Shown here one piece after another: positions 19,376-30,762 of a DNA stretch of 64,000 bases; within the stretch, counting starts at the first letter, position 1; every line of letters begins with the position of its first letter. A model generated the notes under the pieces. It had not been told where the DNA came from, ran no database searches, and was given only the letters and a program-made list of their open reading frames with translations. The position numbers and the translations under genes were made by a program. The DNA is taken from assembly GCA_965195345.1 (NCBI GenBank), contig OZ239628.1, forward strand, positions 1,056,001 to 1,120,000, given 5' to 3'. The DNA is from an uncultured Thiomicrospira sp. Lineage in GTDB: Bacteria; Pseudomonadota; Gammaproteobacteria; CAKMZV01.

Positions 19376-19879
19376 TTATTTATTGAGGGTTGGCGTATAG
19401 AAAGGGTTGCTGGGGTTTTTCATGGCCTCTTGTATTTCTTCTTCGGTTGGATCGCCTTTTAGGGCGCGTTGAATAGCTGTTTTCATGGCAATGTGATTGT
19501 TATGGTAGATTTCATCAGCATTGTTTGCTTCTGGGTTGACCCAAACTGCTGCAATAATACACCAGTCATTCGCAGCACACTCTGGTAGTGTTTTTTCATC
19601 GATGCACTCTTGCACTCCACGTGCCACTCCTGCTTGAGCGGGGCCCCAAGTCAAATTAGCGTGTTCATCGCTACGCATGTCAACTTTTGCAGCAAATAAG
19701 GTGGCTGGTTTGACGGGAACGTTCGGTTTATGGATAGCCATAAAAGGGATGTATCCCATGCGTGGAGCCGCTGCTGATGCAGTAAGTCCCGTTCCAACAG
19801 GTCCATTCTTATCACCAATAAATGCATTGATGTGTGCTGCATTAGCACCACTTCCGATGAAAGCCTCTCCTATATACAT
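19376..19879 (-). CDS. Formaldehyde-activating enzyme (Fae)-like protein
   Basis: GEAFIG..AAHI, PNVPVKPATLF, GPAQAGVARGV, AIQRAL fit the Fae fold; it diverges from canonical Fae (AHIN vs AHID, VWVNP vs VFIHW). Confidence 0.85.
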   Translation of the reverse strand: MYIGEAFIGSGANAAHINAFIGDKNGPVGTGLTASAAAPRMGYIPFMAIHKPNVPVKPATLFAAKVDMRSDEHANLTWGPAQAGVARGVQECIDEKTLPECAANDWCIIAAVWVNPEANNADEIYHNNHIAMKTAIQRALKGDPTEEEIQEAMKNPSNPFYTPTLNK

Positions 19880-19892
19880 ATTTTCCTCTTAG

Positions 19893-21008
19893 TTATATTG
19901 TATTATGCGGTTCAACAACCATACGTAATGCTTTATTTGTTCGAACCTTAGTAATTGCCTCATTTATTTTATTTAACGGAACGACGTCAGTGACTAGTTC
20001 GTCAAGTAATAACTTTCCTTGTTGATAAAGATTGGCAATCATTGCAAAGTCTCTTTGAGGGTTTGCGCTGCCATAAAAACTGCCAGTGATGATTTTTTCC
20101 TCACGTGGTATTTTTAAAGCAGGTAATTTTACTTCAGCACCATCTGGAGCTATTCCAATGTAAACGATAGTCCCTGCACGTGCGGTTATATCGTAAGCCT
20201 GTCGCTGAAGATCAGTATTTCCTATGGCTTCAAATACGTAATCAGCACCATGATTATTGGTAAGTTCTTTAATGGCATCAACAACATCCTCTTTTTTGGG
20301 GTTGATGAAATGTGTTGCACCAAATAGCATAGCATGATCTTTTTTCTCTTCAACCGCATCGATACCAATAATCATTTCAGCTCCAGATAATCGAGCACCT
20401 TGAGCTATGTTTAGACCCACGCCTCCCATACCATAAATAACAACGCTACTACCCGGTCGTACCTTAGCAGTGTTTACGACTGCTCCTATACCAGTCATAA
20501 CAGCACAACCAATAAGAGAAGCGGGCACAAAAGGTATGTCTTCATTTAACTTTACACAGCTTGCGCCAGGTACAACGGTGTATTCAGCCCAAGTTGATGT
20601 GAAAGAATAGTGATAGATCGTTTGATTATCTTTTGACAAGCGAGAGGTGCCATCAAGCAAAGTGCCATCAAGCACGATAGGTGCTGACGCATCGCATAAA
20701 TGGGGTTTTCCAGTGTAACAAAAACGGCATTTTCCACATTCTGGTGCCCACGAAAGGGCAACATGATCTCCTGGTTTTACGTGTTTAATATTTTTGCCTG
20801 TTTCAATGACTATGCCAGCCCCTTCATGACCCAATACAGCGGGTAGAGGAACGGACATGGAACCAGTAATGACGTGAATGTCACTATAACAAACTCCCGT
20901 GGCTTCAATTTTGACTAATACCTCATCATCTTTGTGTTGCGCTAATTGAATTTTTTCAATAACTTGAGGTTTTTCAATCTCATAACAAACAGCTGCTCGT
21001 ATTTCCAT
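19893..21008 (-). CDS. Zn-dependent alcohol dehydrogenase (class III-like MDR)
   Basis: GVCYSD, LGHEGAG, CGKCRFC...C structural Zn site, IGCAVMTG, GMGGVG. Confidence 0.92.
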   Translation of the reverse strand: MEIRAAVCYEIEKPQVIEKIQLAQHKDDEVLVKIEATGVCYSDIHVITGSMSVPLPAVLGHEGAGIVIETGKNIKHVKPGDHVALSWAPECGKCRFCYTGKPHLCDASAPIVLDGTLLDGTSRLSKDNQTIYHYSFTSTWAEYTVVPGASCVKLNEDIPFVPASLIGCAVMTGIGAVVNTAKVRPGSSVVIYGMGGVGLNIAQGARLSGAEMIIGIDAVEEKKDHAMLFGATHFINPKKEDVVDAIKELTNNHGADYVFEAIGNTDLQRQAYDITARAGTIVYIGIAPDGAEVKLPALKIPREEKIITGSFYGSANPQRDFAMIANLYQQGKLLLDELVTDVVPLNKINEAITKVRTNKALRMVVEPHNTI

Positions 21009-21043
21009 GGTGTTTTATGATTATATTTTTATACGAATAAATT

Positions 21044-22429
21044 TTATGAGTAGGGTAAAACGCATTTTAAACGCTTTATAGTTTCTTCTTGACCCAGTAT
21101 TTCAGCAATCTCACCGATAGAGGGAGTATTGGTCATGCCTGTTAAAGCAAAGCGTAATGGCATTCCAATGCTTCCAACTTTCATCCCATGATTTTTTGCA
21201 GTGGTTTTGATACTTTCAAAAATGACATTGTGTTTCCAATTCGATATTTTTTCCAATTCGACTAATAAATCCTTTAAAACGATTGCGATTTCTTCTTGGC
21301 AATGAGATTGCCAAGCTTGTGAATCAATAGTAGGGGCATGGATAAAGTAATTGCAATCATTTGCCATCGATAATAAAGTATTATGTCTGGGTTGTTGCAA
21401 GGCAATCATTGGAAGCATAGACTCGTCTATAGGATGGCGCATTAAATGGCTTAATGCAGGCAATAAGGATGCAGGGTCTGCGGATTGAATGTAATGTTGG
21501 TTTAACCATTGTAATTTTCCCAAATCAAATTGCCCAGATGCTTTATTTAGGCCTTCAATAGAAAAGGTTGCTATCATTTCTTCTAAACTGAAAATTTCTT
21601 GATCGCCGTGTGACCAGCCTAAGCGCACTAAGTAGTTCAGTAAAGCTTGAGGCAGATATCCTTGGTCGCAATATTCGGTTACGCTTGTTGCGCCGTGCCT
21701 TTTAGACAAACGGGATCCGTCTTCACCCAAAACCATTGGCACATGAATCATTGTTGGGTGCATGGCGTCTAAGGCTTTGTATATATGCAACTGGCGGGGC
21801 GTGTTGTTTATATGGTCATCCCCGCGAATAATGTGGGTTATTTGCATATCGATATCATCGACCACAACGCAGAGATTATAAGTTGGTGAACCATCACTGC
21901 GTGCTATGACAAGGTCATCAAGTTCGTTGTTTTCTGTACGTATAGTACCGTACACTCCGTCTTCATAAGTAATGAATCCTTCTTTAGGTGTTTTAAAACG
22001 AACTACTGGTTTTATATCTTCTGGATGTGGCATGTCACTGTCTCGCCAGCGACCGTCGTAGCGCATTTTCTCACCCCGTTTCTTTTGCTCCTCGCGCATT
22101 ACCTCGAGCTCTTCAGGAGTGGTATAGCAGTAGTAAGCATTGCCACTGGCAAGAAGTTCAGAAATAACTTCTTTATAGCGTTGAGTACGTTCGCTCTGAT
22201 AAAAAGGACCCTCATCATAGTTTAGACCTAACCATGCAAGTCCTTCAAGAATTACTTTTGTGGCTTCGTCGGTTGAGCGCTGTGTATCTGAGTCCTCAAT
22301 ACGCAGTACAAACTCACCTCCATGATGTCTGGCAAAAAGCCAGTTAAAAAGAGCAGTGCGTGCGCCACCAATGTGTAAAGAACCCGTGGGGCTTGGAGGA
22401 AAACGAGTACGAATTTTATTAGTACTCAT
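21044..22429 (-). CDS. gltX: Glutamate--tRNA ligase
   Basis: RFPPSPTGSLHIGG, LRIEDSD, IIRGDDH, LSKRHGA; ATG at 22429. Confidence 0.96.
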   Translation of the reverse strand: MSTNKIRTRFPPSPTGSLHIGGARTALFNWLFARHHGGEFVLRIEDSDTQRSTDEATKVILEGLAWLGLNYDEGPFYQSERTQRYKEVISELLASGNAYYCYTTPEELEVMREEQKKRGEKMRYDGRWRDSDMPHPEDIKPVVRFKTPKEGFITYEDGVYGTIRTENNELDDLVIARSDGSPTYNLCVVVDDIDMQITHIIRGDDHINNTPRQLHIYKALDAMHPTMIHVPMVLGEDGSRLSKRHGATSVTEYCDQGYLPQALLNYLVRLGWSHGDQEIFSLEEMIATFSIEGLNKASGQFDLGKLQWLNQHYIQSADPASLLPALSHLMRHPIDESMLPMIALQQPRHNTLLSMANDCNYFIHAPTIDSQAWQSHCQEEIAIVLKDLLVELEKISNWKHNVIFESIKTTAKNHGMKVGSIGMPLRFALTGMTNTPSIGEIAEILGQEETIKRLKCVLPYS

Positions 22430-22438
22430 TTTCAATTA

Positions 22439-22912
22439 TTAATATTTAGCGGAAATGATTTCATACTCTACTTCACCGTCGGGCGTGTGCACAGTAACCA
22501 CTTCACCAATTGATTTCCCTACCAGTGAACGAGCCAAAGGAGAGGTGATTGAAATTTTATTGAACTCTAAATTTGCTTCGTATTCACCAACAATTTGATA
22601 ATGAATGACTTGTTCGTCGCTTAATCGAAATAATTCAATTTTAGCGCCAAAGACCACTTTGTCACCTGGGTTGAGGGAAGCAATATCTATAACCTGCACA
22701 GAAGCAGCAGTGCCTTCAAGCTCTTTGATACGTCCCTCTATGAATCCTTGTTGTTCACGTGCTGCATGGTATTCTGCGTTTTCTTTTAGGTCTCCATGTG
22801 CACGGGCTTCTACAATTGCCTCTATAATAGCGGGGCGTTGGTTTTTTTTTAAATCTTCGATCTCATCGCGCAGGGCGTTCATTCCTTCTTGCGTAATTGG
22901 GATGGTATTCAT
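22439..22912 (-). CDS. greA: Transcription elongation factor GreA
   Basis: [38 protein letters not shown]; ATG at 22912. Confidence 0.96.
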   Translation of the reverse strand: MNTIPITQEGMNALRDEIEDLKKNQRPAIIEAIVEARAHGDLKENAEYHAAREQQGFIEGRIKELEGTAASVQVIDIASLNPGDKVVFGAKIELFRLSDEQVIHYQIVGEYEANLEFNKISITSPLARSLVGKSIGEVVTVHTPDGEVEYEIISAKY

Positions 22913-22969
22913 TGCGTTATTCTTACTGGCTTTGTTAATCAAAGGGCATTATATCGCTTTGCGTTACTG

Positions 22970-22999
22970 TTGAAGCAGTCATTCTTAACGTTTTATAAT
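22970..22999 (+). promoter_or_regulatory. Sigma70-type promoter of the ABC transporter genes (likely leaderless transcript)
   Basis: TTGAAG (22970-22975), 18 nt, TATAAT (22994-22999), then 6 nt to the ATG at 23006. Confidence 0.55.
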
Positions 23000-23005
23000 A
23001 GAGTT

Positions 23006-23917
23006 ATGTCATCAATAATATCAATAAAGAATCTCACTAAGAGATATGAAGGTAACACCGTTCTTAAAGATTTTTCTTTGGAAATAGAGCAGGGTGAAAT
23101 ATTAGCTCTTCTTGGTCCTAATGGAGCAGGTAAAACAACATTAATATCCATTATTTGCGGTTTAGTAAATGCAAGCTCAGGAACAGTTTTAGTGGGTGGG
23201 TATGATAATGTAATTGACTTTCGACTTACAAGAGAAAAAATTGGTCTTGTTCCACAAGAACTAATGCTTGGTGTTTTTGATAGAGTAATTGAAACAGTAA
23301 AACATTCAAGAGGCTTGTTTGGGCGAGCACCAGACCATGAATACATTACTCAACTTTTAGATGATTTATCATTAGGTGATAAGAAAAATAGTTTAATACA
23401 GCAATTGTCAGGCGGTATGAAACGCCGTGTTTTAATCGCCAAAGCGTTGTCTCATCAGCCTCCTATCTTATTTCTTGATGAACCAACTGCTGGCGTTGAT
23501 GTGGAATTACGCAAGGACATGTGGCGTTTGGTTGAGGATTTGCGCAAAAAAGGAGTCACTATTATTTTAACGACACATTATATTGAAGAAGCCGAAGCAA
23601 TAGCTGACAGGGTGGGCGTTATCAGTAAAGGCGAATTGATAGTAGTTGATGAAAAAAAATCATTGATGCGCAAGCTTGGTAAAAATCAACTAAGAGTTGA
23701 ATTGAATGCCCCTCTACAGAAGTTGCCTGATGGATTGGATCATATGTGGGAACTATCAACAGATGGAGTTTTCTTAACGTACACTTATAGCACTTTCGAG
23801 AATGAACACACCATGAATAATGTTTTAGAGCATTTGCATAAGTTGAACTTGCCTATCAAGGATCTAACTTCAGTTAAGTCTTCTTTGGAAGATATTTTTG
23901 TTAATTTAGTAAAGTAA
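23006..23917 (+). CDS. ABC transporter ATP-binding protein (YadG-like)
   Basis: [35 protein letters not shown]; start moved to the ATG at 23006. Confidence 0.92.
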   Translation: MSSIISIKNLTKRYEGNTVLKDFSLEIEQGEILALLGPNGAGKTTLISIICGLVNASSGTVLVGGYDNVIDFRLTREKIGLVPQELMLGVFDRVIETVKHSRGLFGRAPDHEYITQLLDDLSLGDKKNSLIQQLSGGMKRRVLIAKALSHQPPILFLDEPTAGVDVELRKDMWRLVEDLRKKGVTIILTTHYIEEAEAIADRVGVISKGELIVVDEKKSLMRKLGKNQLRVELNAPLQKLPDGLDHMWELSTDGVFLTYTYSTFENEHTMNNVLEHLHKLNLPIKDLTSVKSSLEDIFVNLVK

Positions 23918-23972
23918 CACATTGAAAGTACAAAATAGACATTAAATTGGTTTAAATATAATTAAAAAGAAT

Positions 23973-24740
23973 ATGAAAATAAACACTTATGCAATAAGAG
24001 TACTTTATAAGAATGAAATGAGAAGGTTTTTCAGGACCATTGGGCAAAGTATTGCATCGCCGGTTATTTCTACCTCTCTTTATTTTGTGATATTTGGTTC
24101 TGCTATCGGGTCGCGAATAAGCGAGGTTGGCGGCGTTTCTTATGGCACATTTATTGTTCCAGGCTTGGTTATGCTTGCATTGCTTACTCAAAGTATGGCA
24201 AATGCTTCATTTGGTATATTTTTTCAAAAATTCACGGGAACTATTTATGAAGTGCTATCCGCTCCTGTATCAGCCTTCGAAATTATTATTGGTTTTGTTG
24301 GCGCCGCAGCTACGAAAGCGATGATTGTTGGGACGATCATATTGATTACAGCTACTTTTTTTGTCGATTTGCATATAGCCCATCCGTATATTGCACTTAT
24401 GTTTTTCATAATGACTTGTGTAACATTTAGCCTATTTGGTTTCATTATTGGATTGTGGGCAAAAGATTTTGAACAATTACAAATTATTCCGCTATTGGTA
24501 ATTACTCCTTTGGTTTTCCTAGGGGGAAGTTTTTATTCGATTGATATGTTGCCGGAATTTTGGCAGAATGTGTCATTATTTAATCCTGTTCTTTATTTGG
24601 TCAGTGGATTTAGATGGAGTTTTTTTGAAGTCGCAGATGTTAACGTGACAACCAGCTTGATAGCTATCTTTACAATCTTGGTGATATGCATTAGCATTGT
24701 ATGGTGGATGTTTAAAACAGGTTACAAGACCAGAGGCTAA
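23973..24740 (+). CDS. ABC-2 transporter permease (YadH-like)
   Basis: [33 protein letters not shown]; about 6 TM segments. Confidence 0.92.
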   Translation: MKINTYAIRVLYKNEMRRFFRTIGQSIASPVISTSLYFVIFGSAIGSRISEVGGVSYGTFIVPGLVMLALLTQSMANASFGIFFQKFTGTIYEVLSAPVSAFEIIIGFVGAAATKAMIVGTIILITATFFVDLHIAHPYIALMFFIMTCVTFSLFGFIIGLWAKDFEQLQIIPLLVITPLVFLGGSFYSIDMLPEFWQNVSLFNPVLYLVSGFRWSFFEVADVNVTTSLIAIFTILVICISIVWWMFKTGYKTRG

Positions 24741-24908
24741 TGCTTTTGACTATTTTTGTGGAGAACAATAAGCTTATTTCTGAATTTTCAACCAAAGAAC
24801 ATGAAGCCCACTCAGAATGAATGAGAGGTACTTACAAAGCTGTATTGGGTTAACTCAGAACTTTAATTGATAACTAATTACTAAATTTAATCTAAAAAAT
24901 TATTAAAA

Positions 24909-25550
24909 ATGGAAAAATTAACAACTATTCATGGTGTCGTTGCTCCTTTAGATCGTGCAAATGTTGATACGGATGCCATTATTCCCAAACAATTTCTTAA
25001 ATCCATTCGTCGTAGTGGTTTTGGTCCTAATTTGTTTGATGATTGGCGCTATTTAGATACAGGAGAGCCTGATAGTGATAATTCACAACGCAAATTAAAT
25101 CCAGATTTTGTGCTAAATAAAACACGTTATGCAAATGCAAAGATTTTACTCACACGTGAAAATTTTGGTTGTGGCTCTTCACGTGAGCATGCTCCGTGGG
25201 CTTTGAAAGGTTACGGTTTTGATGTGATCATTGCACCAACCTTTGCCGATATTTTCTTTGCCAACTGCTTTAAAAATGCATTGTTGCCGATTACCCTTGA
25301 TAGCAGTGTTGTTGAATCTCTTATGCAGGATGTGGTTGATAATGAAGGGTATCATTTATTGATTGATTTGCCAGCACAAACAATTACTAAGCCAAATGAT
25401 GAGTTAATACCCTTTGAGGTTGATGCATTTCAAAAGCATTGTCTAATAAATGGGTTGGATGATATAGGTGTCACGTTACAACATACTGATAAGATAAAGG
25501 CTTACGAAGAAAAGCAGCGCAAAGTTACTCCTTGGCTGTTTAGGGAATGA
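24909..25550 (+). CDS. leuD: 3-isopropylmalate dehydratase small subunit
   Basis: [40 protein letters not shown]. Confidence 0.97.
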   Translation: MEKLTTIHGVVAPLDRANVDTDAIIPKQFLKSIRRSGFGPNLFDDWRYLDTGEPDSDNSQRKLNPDFVLNKTRYANAKILLTRENFGCGSSREHAPWALKGYGFDVIIAPTFADIFFANCFKNALLPITLDSSVVESLMQDVVDNEGYHLLIDLPAQTITKPNDELIPFEVDAFQKHCLINGLDDIGVTLQHTDKIKAYEEKQRKVTPWLFRE

Positions 25551-25631
25551 AATTTCTAAAAGGTTTTTGACTCCTACAGATCACACAAACTGATTTTTAA
25601 AAATTAGTTTAATCTTCAGCTATACAAATAT

Positions 25632-26453
25632 ATGTCCATATTCCATAAAGACAAACAACCTCTGGTGATGGGAATTCTAAATGTGACGAATGACTCTTTT
25701 TCAGATGGAGGGGATTTTATAGATCCAGAATATGCTTTAGAACATGCTTTAAGTATGATTGAAGATGGGGCGGATATGCTGGATATTGGTGGCGAATCAA
25801 CTAGGCCTTTTGCACAAAAGGTCTCATTAGATCAAGAGCTACAACGCACAATTCCAGTAATTAAAGCGTTAAGGAATAATGGAGTAGGTATACCAATATC
25901 GATAGATACGAGTAAGTTTGATGTTATGTTTCAAGCTGTTGAGGCTGGCGCAAATATCATAAATGATATAAGGTCTTTAGGAGAGGTTCACTCATTAAAA
26001 GATGTAGCAGCACTGGGTGTACCCGTATGCTTAATGCACATGCAGGGGACTCCTGAAACTATGCAAAGAAAACCATACTATCGAGACGTTGTTGCTGAAG
26101 TAAAGACGTTTTTAATGCTCCGTTGTCAACAAGCCTTAGATGCTGGGATTTCTGATTTGTGTATTGATGTCGGTTTTGGCTTTGGTAAAACGTTAGAACA
26201 CAATCGTACTTTATTTCAGAATTTACACCATTTTTCTGAATTAGGCTACCCTGTTTTGGTTGGTGTATCGCGCAAACGAATGTTTCAAGAAATTACGGGA
26301 CGTGAGATACCTAAAGAACGAATGAGCGGGGGAATTGCTGCATCTGTGTTAGCAGCTCAGAAAGGGTGCTCTGTACTTAGAGTACACGATGTTGCAGCAA
26401 CGGTTGATGCTTTGAAAGTTTTAAGATTTTTTGATGAAGGACATCCAGCTTAA
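25632..26453 (+). CDS. folP: Dihydropteroate synthase
   Basis: MGILNVTNDSFSDGG, DIGGESTRP, SIDTSK, MHMQG, SRKR, RVHDV. Confidence 0.96.
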   Translation: MSIFHKDKQPLVMGILNVTNDSFSDGGDFIDPEYALEHALSMIEDGADMLDIGGESTRPFAQKVSLDQELQRTIPVIKALRNNGVGIPISIDTSKFDVMFQAVEAGANIINDIRSLGEVHSLKDVAALGVPVCLMHMQGTPETMQRKPYYRDVVAEVKTFLMLRCQQALDAGISDLCIDVGFGFGKTLEHNRTLFQNLHHFSELGYPVLVGVSRKRMFQEITGREIPKERMSGGIAASVLAAQKGCSVLRVHDVAATVDALKVLRFFDEGHPA

Positions 26454-26489
26454 AAAGAGTTTGAAGGAAGTCTTTGTTGATGGTGTTGA

Positions 26490-27038
26490 CTAAAGTTTTT
26501 TGCTTATAAAAGGGGCATACATGCTATCCCATTTCCCTTGTACTTGCAAAATCAAATCGCACAGTTCTCGAACAGCTCCATAACCTCCAGACTTGCTCAA
26601 TTGGATGTCTGCTGCTTTTTTAACGAGTGGTTGGGCATTATTAACAGCACAAGAAACCCCCACTTGATTCATTACAGGTAGATCAATGATATCGTCTCCA
26701 ACATAAGCAGCTTCATCATTGGTGATCCCGAAATCTTTTTTAAGTTTATCGTAAACTTCAGCTTTGTTTAGAGAGCCTGGGTAATATTGTTCAATGCCTA
26801 GATTCTCCATACGATGACGCACTGAGTCCGAATTTCTTGCAGTTATCACGGCGATAGTGATGCCTGATTTCATCAACATCTTCATACCTAACCCGTCAGT
26901 CACATCAAAAGCTTTCAGTTCATTTCCACTATCACTAAAATAAATTTGCCCGTTAGTAAGAACGCCGTCAACGTCTAGTATAAGCATTTTAAGGCGTTCC
27001 ATGCGTTTCTTTACAGTGTCATTGATAATATGTTCCAT
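26490..27038 (-). CDS. kdsC: 3-deoxy-D-manno-octulosonate 8-phosphate phosphatase
   Basis: LDVDGVLT, YVGDDIIDLP, GGYGAVRE. Confidence 0.92.
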   Translation of the reverse strand: MEHIINDTVKKRMERLKMLILDVDGVLTNGQIYFSDSGNELKAFDVTDGLGMKMLMKSGITIAVITARNSDSVRHRMENLGIEQYYPGSLNKAEVYDKLKKDFGITNDEAAYVGDDIIDLPVMNQVGVSCAVNNAQPLVKKAADIQLSKSGGYGAVRELCDLILQVQGKWDSMYAPFISKKL

Positions 27039-27075
27039 TAGTTCTAAGTAGTTTTTTTAGCAGTTGCTGCGTTAA

Positions 27076-28029
27076 TTAAATGCTTTGGAAAGTTAACAGT
27101 CCCATATATGAGCAAAATAAAGTTAATAACACTCCACCTTGCCACCGACTTATGCGTAATTTCGGCCAGTTCATTCCAATAAATATGATCAGTAATACAG
27201 TGAACCCCAACATTATCAAACCATCTCTATCGAGTAGCTCTTTTTCTATTGCTGGGGCTGCTAATAATGCGGGGATAGGCAATACGGCTAAGAGATTAAA
27301 TAAGTTAGAGCCTAGTATATTGCCAATGCTTAAATCATAATGCTTTTTCCTAACAGCAGCTATGGAGGTGGCAAGTTCGGGGAGGCTGGTTCCAATTGCA
27401 ACAATGGTAAGTCCAATAATGGCTTCTGAAATACCAAAGAAAAGGGCTACTTCAACGGCACCCCAAACGAGCAGACGAGCGCTTAAAAGCAACACAATCA
27501 AACCCGATAATAATTGAAAGCTGGCTGTTTTTAGAGAAACTTCTTCGCTGTTTTCATGTTGTTCAGCAGCCATGTCTTCATTACCGCTGGTAAAGTACAC
27601 TATTGAAAGTACAAAAGTAAATAACAAAATAAGTATGATGCCATCAGTAAATTGCAATTGATAATCTGAAAAAAGATACAAGGCGACAATAGTGATGAGT
27701 AAAACCAACATGGTTTCTCTTTTAAAGGTTTTAGAACTGAGCGTCAGTGGGGCGATCATTGCTGTTATACCAAGTACTAAACCAATATTTGCGATATTTG
27801 AACCAACCACATTGCCTATAGCAATGCCTGGAGCACCATCTAATGTTGCGATAGCAGCAACGACCATTTCTGGAGCCGAAGTGCCAAAACCCAGCATAAA
27901 TACACCAACAATGATGGGAGGCACGTTAAATAACGAGGATATATTTTGAGCACCAATGATAAAACGATCGGCACTCCACATGAGAACAATCAACCCAACT
28001 ACTATGGCAACTAGTGCAAGAATGGTCAT
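27076..28029 (-). CDS. Calcium/sodium antiporter (YrbG family)
   Basis: Two alpha repeats, GTSAPE...GNVVGSNIAN and GTSLPE...GNILGSNLFN. Confidence 0.92.
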   Translation of the reverse strand: MTILALVAIVVGLIVLMWSADRFIIGAQNISSLFNVPPIIVGVFMLGFGTSAPEMVVAAIATLDGAPGIAIGNVVGSNIANIGLVLGITAMIAPLTLSSKTFKRETMLVLLITIVALYLFSDYQLQFTDGIILILLFTFVLSIVYFTSGNEDMAAEQHENSEEVSLKTASFQLLSGLIVLLLSARLLVWGAVEVALFFGISEAIIGLTIVAIGTSLPELATSIAAVRKKHYDLSIGNILGSNLFNLLAVLPIPALLAAPAIEKELLDRDGLIMLGFTVLLIIFIGMNWPKLRISRWQGGVLLTLFCSYMGLLTFQSI

Positions 28030-28054
28030 AAAATGGATGAAGCGGTAGAGGTGT

Positions 28055-28369
28055 TTAGTTTTTTCTAGTGATTTTCGACACTAGATTATTTTTATCGAAA
28101 TCAATGATGATGTTTCTTTTGACTTCACTGTCATCTTGCTTCCATAAGTAGTAAGTATATATCCACTGGTTTTTTCCAAACGGATGTGTCAAAAGAGGTT
28201 CACCTATTAGTAGAGCAACGTCACGTTGACTCATGCCTACTTTGACTTGTAAAAGTTGCTCTTGTTCTACAATTTGTCCTTGTTGGCGTTCAGGACGATA
28301 TGCGCAACCATTGAGTGATACTAATAAATGTAGGCAGAAAAAAGCAATTGATGCTATCTTTAACAGCAT
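28055..28369 (-). CDS. bamE: Outer membrane protein assembly factor BamE (SmpA/OmlA) lipoprotein
   Basis: Lipobox LNGC, QGQ, GMSQRDV..LIGEP, WIY; the ATG at 28369 overlaps the lon stop (TGATG). Confidence 0.85.
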   Translation of the reverse strand: MLLKIASIAFFCLHLLVSLNGCAYRPERQQGQIVEQEQLLQVKVGMSQRDVALLIGEPLLTHPFGKNQWIYTYYLWKQDDSEVKRNIIIDFDKNNLVSKITRKN

Positions 28370-30762
28370 CAGTGAGGCAACGATTTTAAATTGTCGGTTT
28401 TGTGCGATGCTTGCATGGCAAGCGGCAAAGTAACTAAAGAATGAACAAACGCCTCTCTTATCCAACGAATAGGAACAATCTCAAGTTGGTCTTTTATGTC
28501 AGAAGGGACTTCAATAAGATGACGTTCATTTTCTATAGGAATAAGTACTTTCTTGATACCAGAACGCGTTGCTGCCAATAGTTTTTGTTTTAATCCACCA
28601 ATAGAAAGCGTCTCGCCTCTTAGTGTTATTTCGCCAGTCATCGCAATATCGGATCTAACAGGTATGCCCGTTAATGAAGAGGCTAATGATACTGCCACGG
28701 CTACGCCTGCGCTTGGTCCATCTTTAGGTATTGCTCCCTCAGGAACGTGTATATGAAAATCTGAATTTGCAAAAGTTTCAACATCAATTCCGAGCATAAC
28801 CTGCTGTTTTTTGATGACACTTAGAGCAGCTTCAATCGACTCTTTCATAACATCACCGAGTTTTCCTGTATACGAGAGTTTCCCTTTTCCAGGGTAATGG
28901 ACGGCTTCAATAGTCAATATATCTCCACCCGATTGTGTCCAAGCAAGACCTGTAACATGACCTATACGATTATTCTTTTTAGCCGAAGAATATTTATATT
29001 TTTCTATCCCAAGGAAATTTTTCAGCTTAGCTGGTGTCACTTGAATCTTTTTTGTATCATCATCAAGCAACAAATTTGTAACCCCTTTACGACAAATTTT
29101 AGCAATTTCACGCTCAAGGTTACGTACACCCGCTTCTCTTGTGTAGTTGTGTATTATTTTACGTATAGTGGCTGAGTTGATAGAAATTTCCTGCTTAGTG
29201 CTTCCGTGTTGTTGAAGTTGTTTTGGAATAATATGTCGTTTGGCAATTTCTACTTTCTCATTGTCGGTGTATCCTGATAACTCAATTACTTCCATGCGGT
29301 CCAGCAAAGGTGGAGGGATATTCATGCTGTTTGACGTTGCCAAAAACATGACATCGGATAAATCGTATTCAATTTCTAAATAATGATCTGTGAAATATTT
29401 ATTTTGTTCAGGATCCAACACCTCAAGCAAGGCAGAACTAGGGTCGCCGCGAAAATCAGAGCTTAACTTGTCTATTTCATCCAATAAAAAAAGTGGGTTT
29501 TTTACTTCAGCCCGAGTCATTTTTTGCAAAATTCTCCCCGGCATCGATCCGATATAGGTTCTTCTGTGCCCGCGAATTTCTGCTTCATCTCTGACACCAC
29601 CAAGTGCAAATCGGACATACTTCCTTCCAATAGCCTTAGCTATTGATTCAGCAAGAGAAGTTTTACCGACACCTGGAGGGCCGACAAGACATATTATTGG
29701 ACCTGACAGGCGATTTGTGCGTTGCTGAACGGCTAAATATTCAATGATTCTAGACTTAATATCTTCTAAACCATAATATGCCTCGCTCAATTCTTTTTGT
29801 GCCTTCTTTAAATCATTGCTGAGTTCGTCTTTTTTATCCCACGGTAAAGATAGAAGCGTATCAAGATAATTTCGTATAACGGAGGTTTCGGGTGATTGAG
29901 GAGAAACAGCTTTTAATTTATTGATTTCTTTGAGTGCTTTCTCTCTTGCGTAATCTGGCATTTTTGTGTTTTTCAATCGTTTTTCAAATTCCTCAACTTC
30001 ATCGACATCATCAGAGTTTCCTATTTCTTGACGTATTGCTTTGACTTTTTCATTCAAGTAATATTCTTTTTGACTTTGTTCAAGGCGAGAACGAACGCGA
30101 TCGTTGATTTTTTTATCAATGTGTTTTTTCTCTTCAAATTCTGCAAGTAACTTGGATACAATTTCAACACGCTTGTTGACATTTATTTCCGAAAGAATGC
30201 GCTGTTTTTCATCGAGATCAAAAGGGATATTTAATCCAATAACATCAGCATTTTGTCCGTACATGCTTGAACTGATTGATTTCAATGCATCCAAATTGAT
30301 TTTTGAGTTTTTACTGCCAACTTTTTGAGCAGATTCTATTAAATTAGCAGAAGTTTTCTTTAATACCTCTGTATTGCGTACTTTGTCTTCAAGGATGCAA
30401 ATGTCAGCACTAATAAACTCTTTATCGAAGTAAGGTGTTATTTTGACTCTATAAAAGGCTTCAAATAATATTTTTAATGAACCATCTGGCATCTTCATAC
30501 GCTGGGCTATCTGACCAATAACACCAATTGTATAAATGTCATCCGACCCAGGCGTTTCAACTTCTGATTTATTTTGAGAGACGGCTACAATTAATTTATT
30601 AAAGGACTCTGCACTTTGCTCAAGTGCTTTGATTGAGCTTTTCCGTCCAACATAAAGAGGTACGATTGTTTTCGGAAAAATAACCATATCGCGCAAAGGA
30701 ATCAAAGGAATTTTTTCTTTTTTTCCTTCTAAAAAGGTGGTTATATTTTTTTCGTCAATCAT
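28369..30762 (-). CDS. lon: ATP-dependent protease La
   Basis: [23 protein letters not shown] catalytic Ser, [10 protein letters not shown]. Confidence 0.97.
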   Translation of the reverse strand: MIDEKNITTFLEGKKEKIPLIPLRDMVIFPKTIVPLYVGRKSSIKALEQSAESFNKLIVAVSQNKSEVETPGSDDIYTIGVIGQIAQRMKMPDGSLKILFEAFYRVKITPYFDKEFISADICILEDKVRNTEVLKKTSANLIESAQKVGSKNSKINLDALKSISSSMYGQNADVIGLNIPFDLDEKQRILSEINVNKRVEIVSKLLAEFEEKKHIDKKINDRVRSRLEQSQKEYYLNEKVKAIRQEIGNSDDVDEVEEFEKRLKNTKMPDYAREKALKEINKLKAVSPQSPETSVIRNYLDTLLSLPWDKKDELSNDLKKAQKELSEAYYGLEDIKSRIIEYLAVQQRTNRLSGPIICLVGPPGVGKTSLAESIAKAIGRKYVRFALGGVRDEAEIRGHRRTYIGSMPGRILQKMTRAEVKNPLFLLDEIDKLSSDFRGDPSSALLEVLDPEQNKYFTDHYLEIEYDLSDVMFLATSNSMNIPPPLLDRMEVIELSGYTDNEKVEIAKRHIIPKQLQQHGSTKQEISINSATIRKIIHNYTREAGVRNLEREIAKICRKGVTNLLLDDDTKKIQVTPAKLKNFLGIEKYKYSSAKKNNRIGHVTGLAWTQSGGDILTIEAVHYPGKGKLSYTGKLGDVMKESIEAALSVIKKQQVMLGIDVETFANSDFHIHVPEGAIPKDGPSAGVAVAVSLASSLTGIPVRSDIAMTGEITLRGETLSIGGLKQKLLAATRSGIKKVLIPIENERHLIEVPSDIKDQLEIVPIRWIREAFVHSLVTLPLAMQASHKTDNLKSLPH

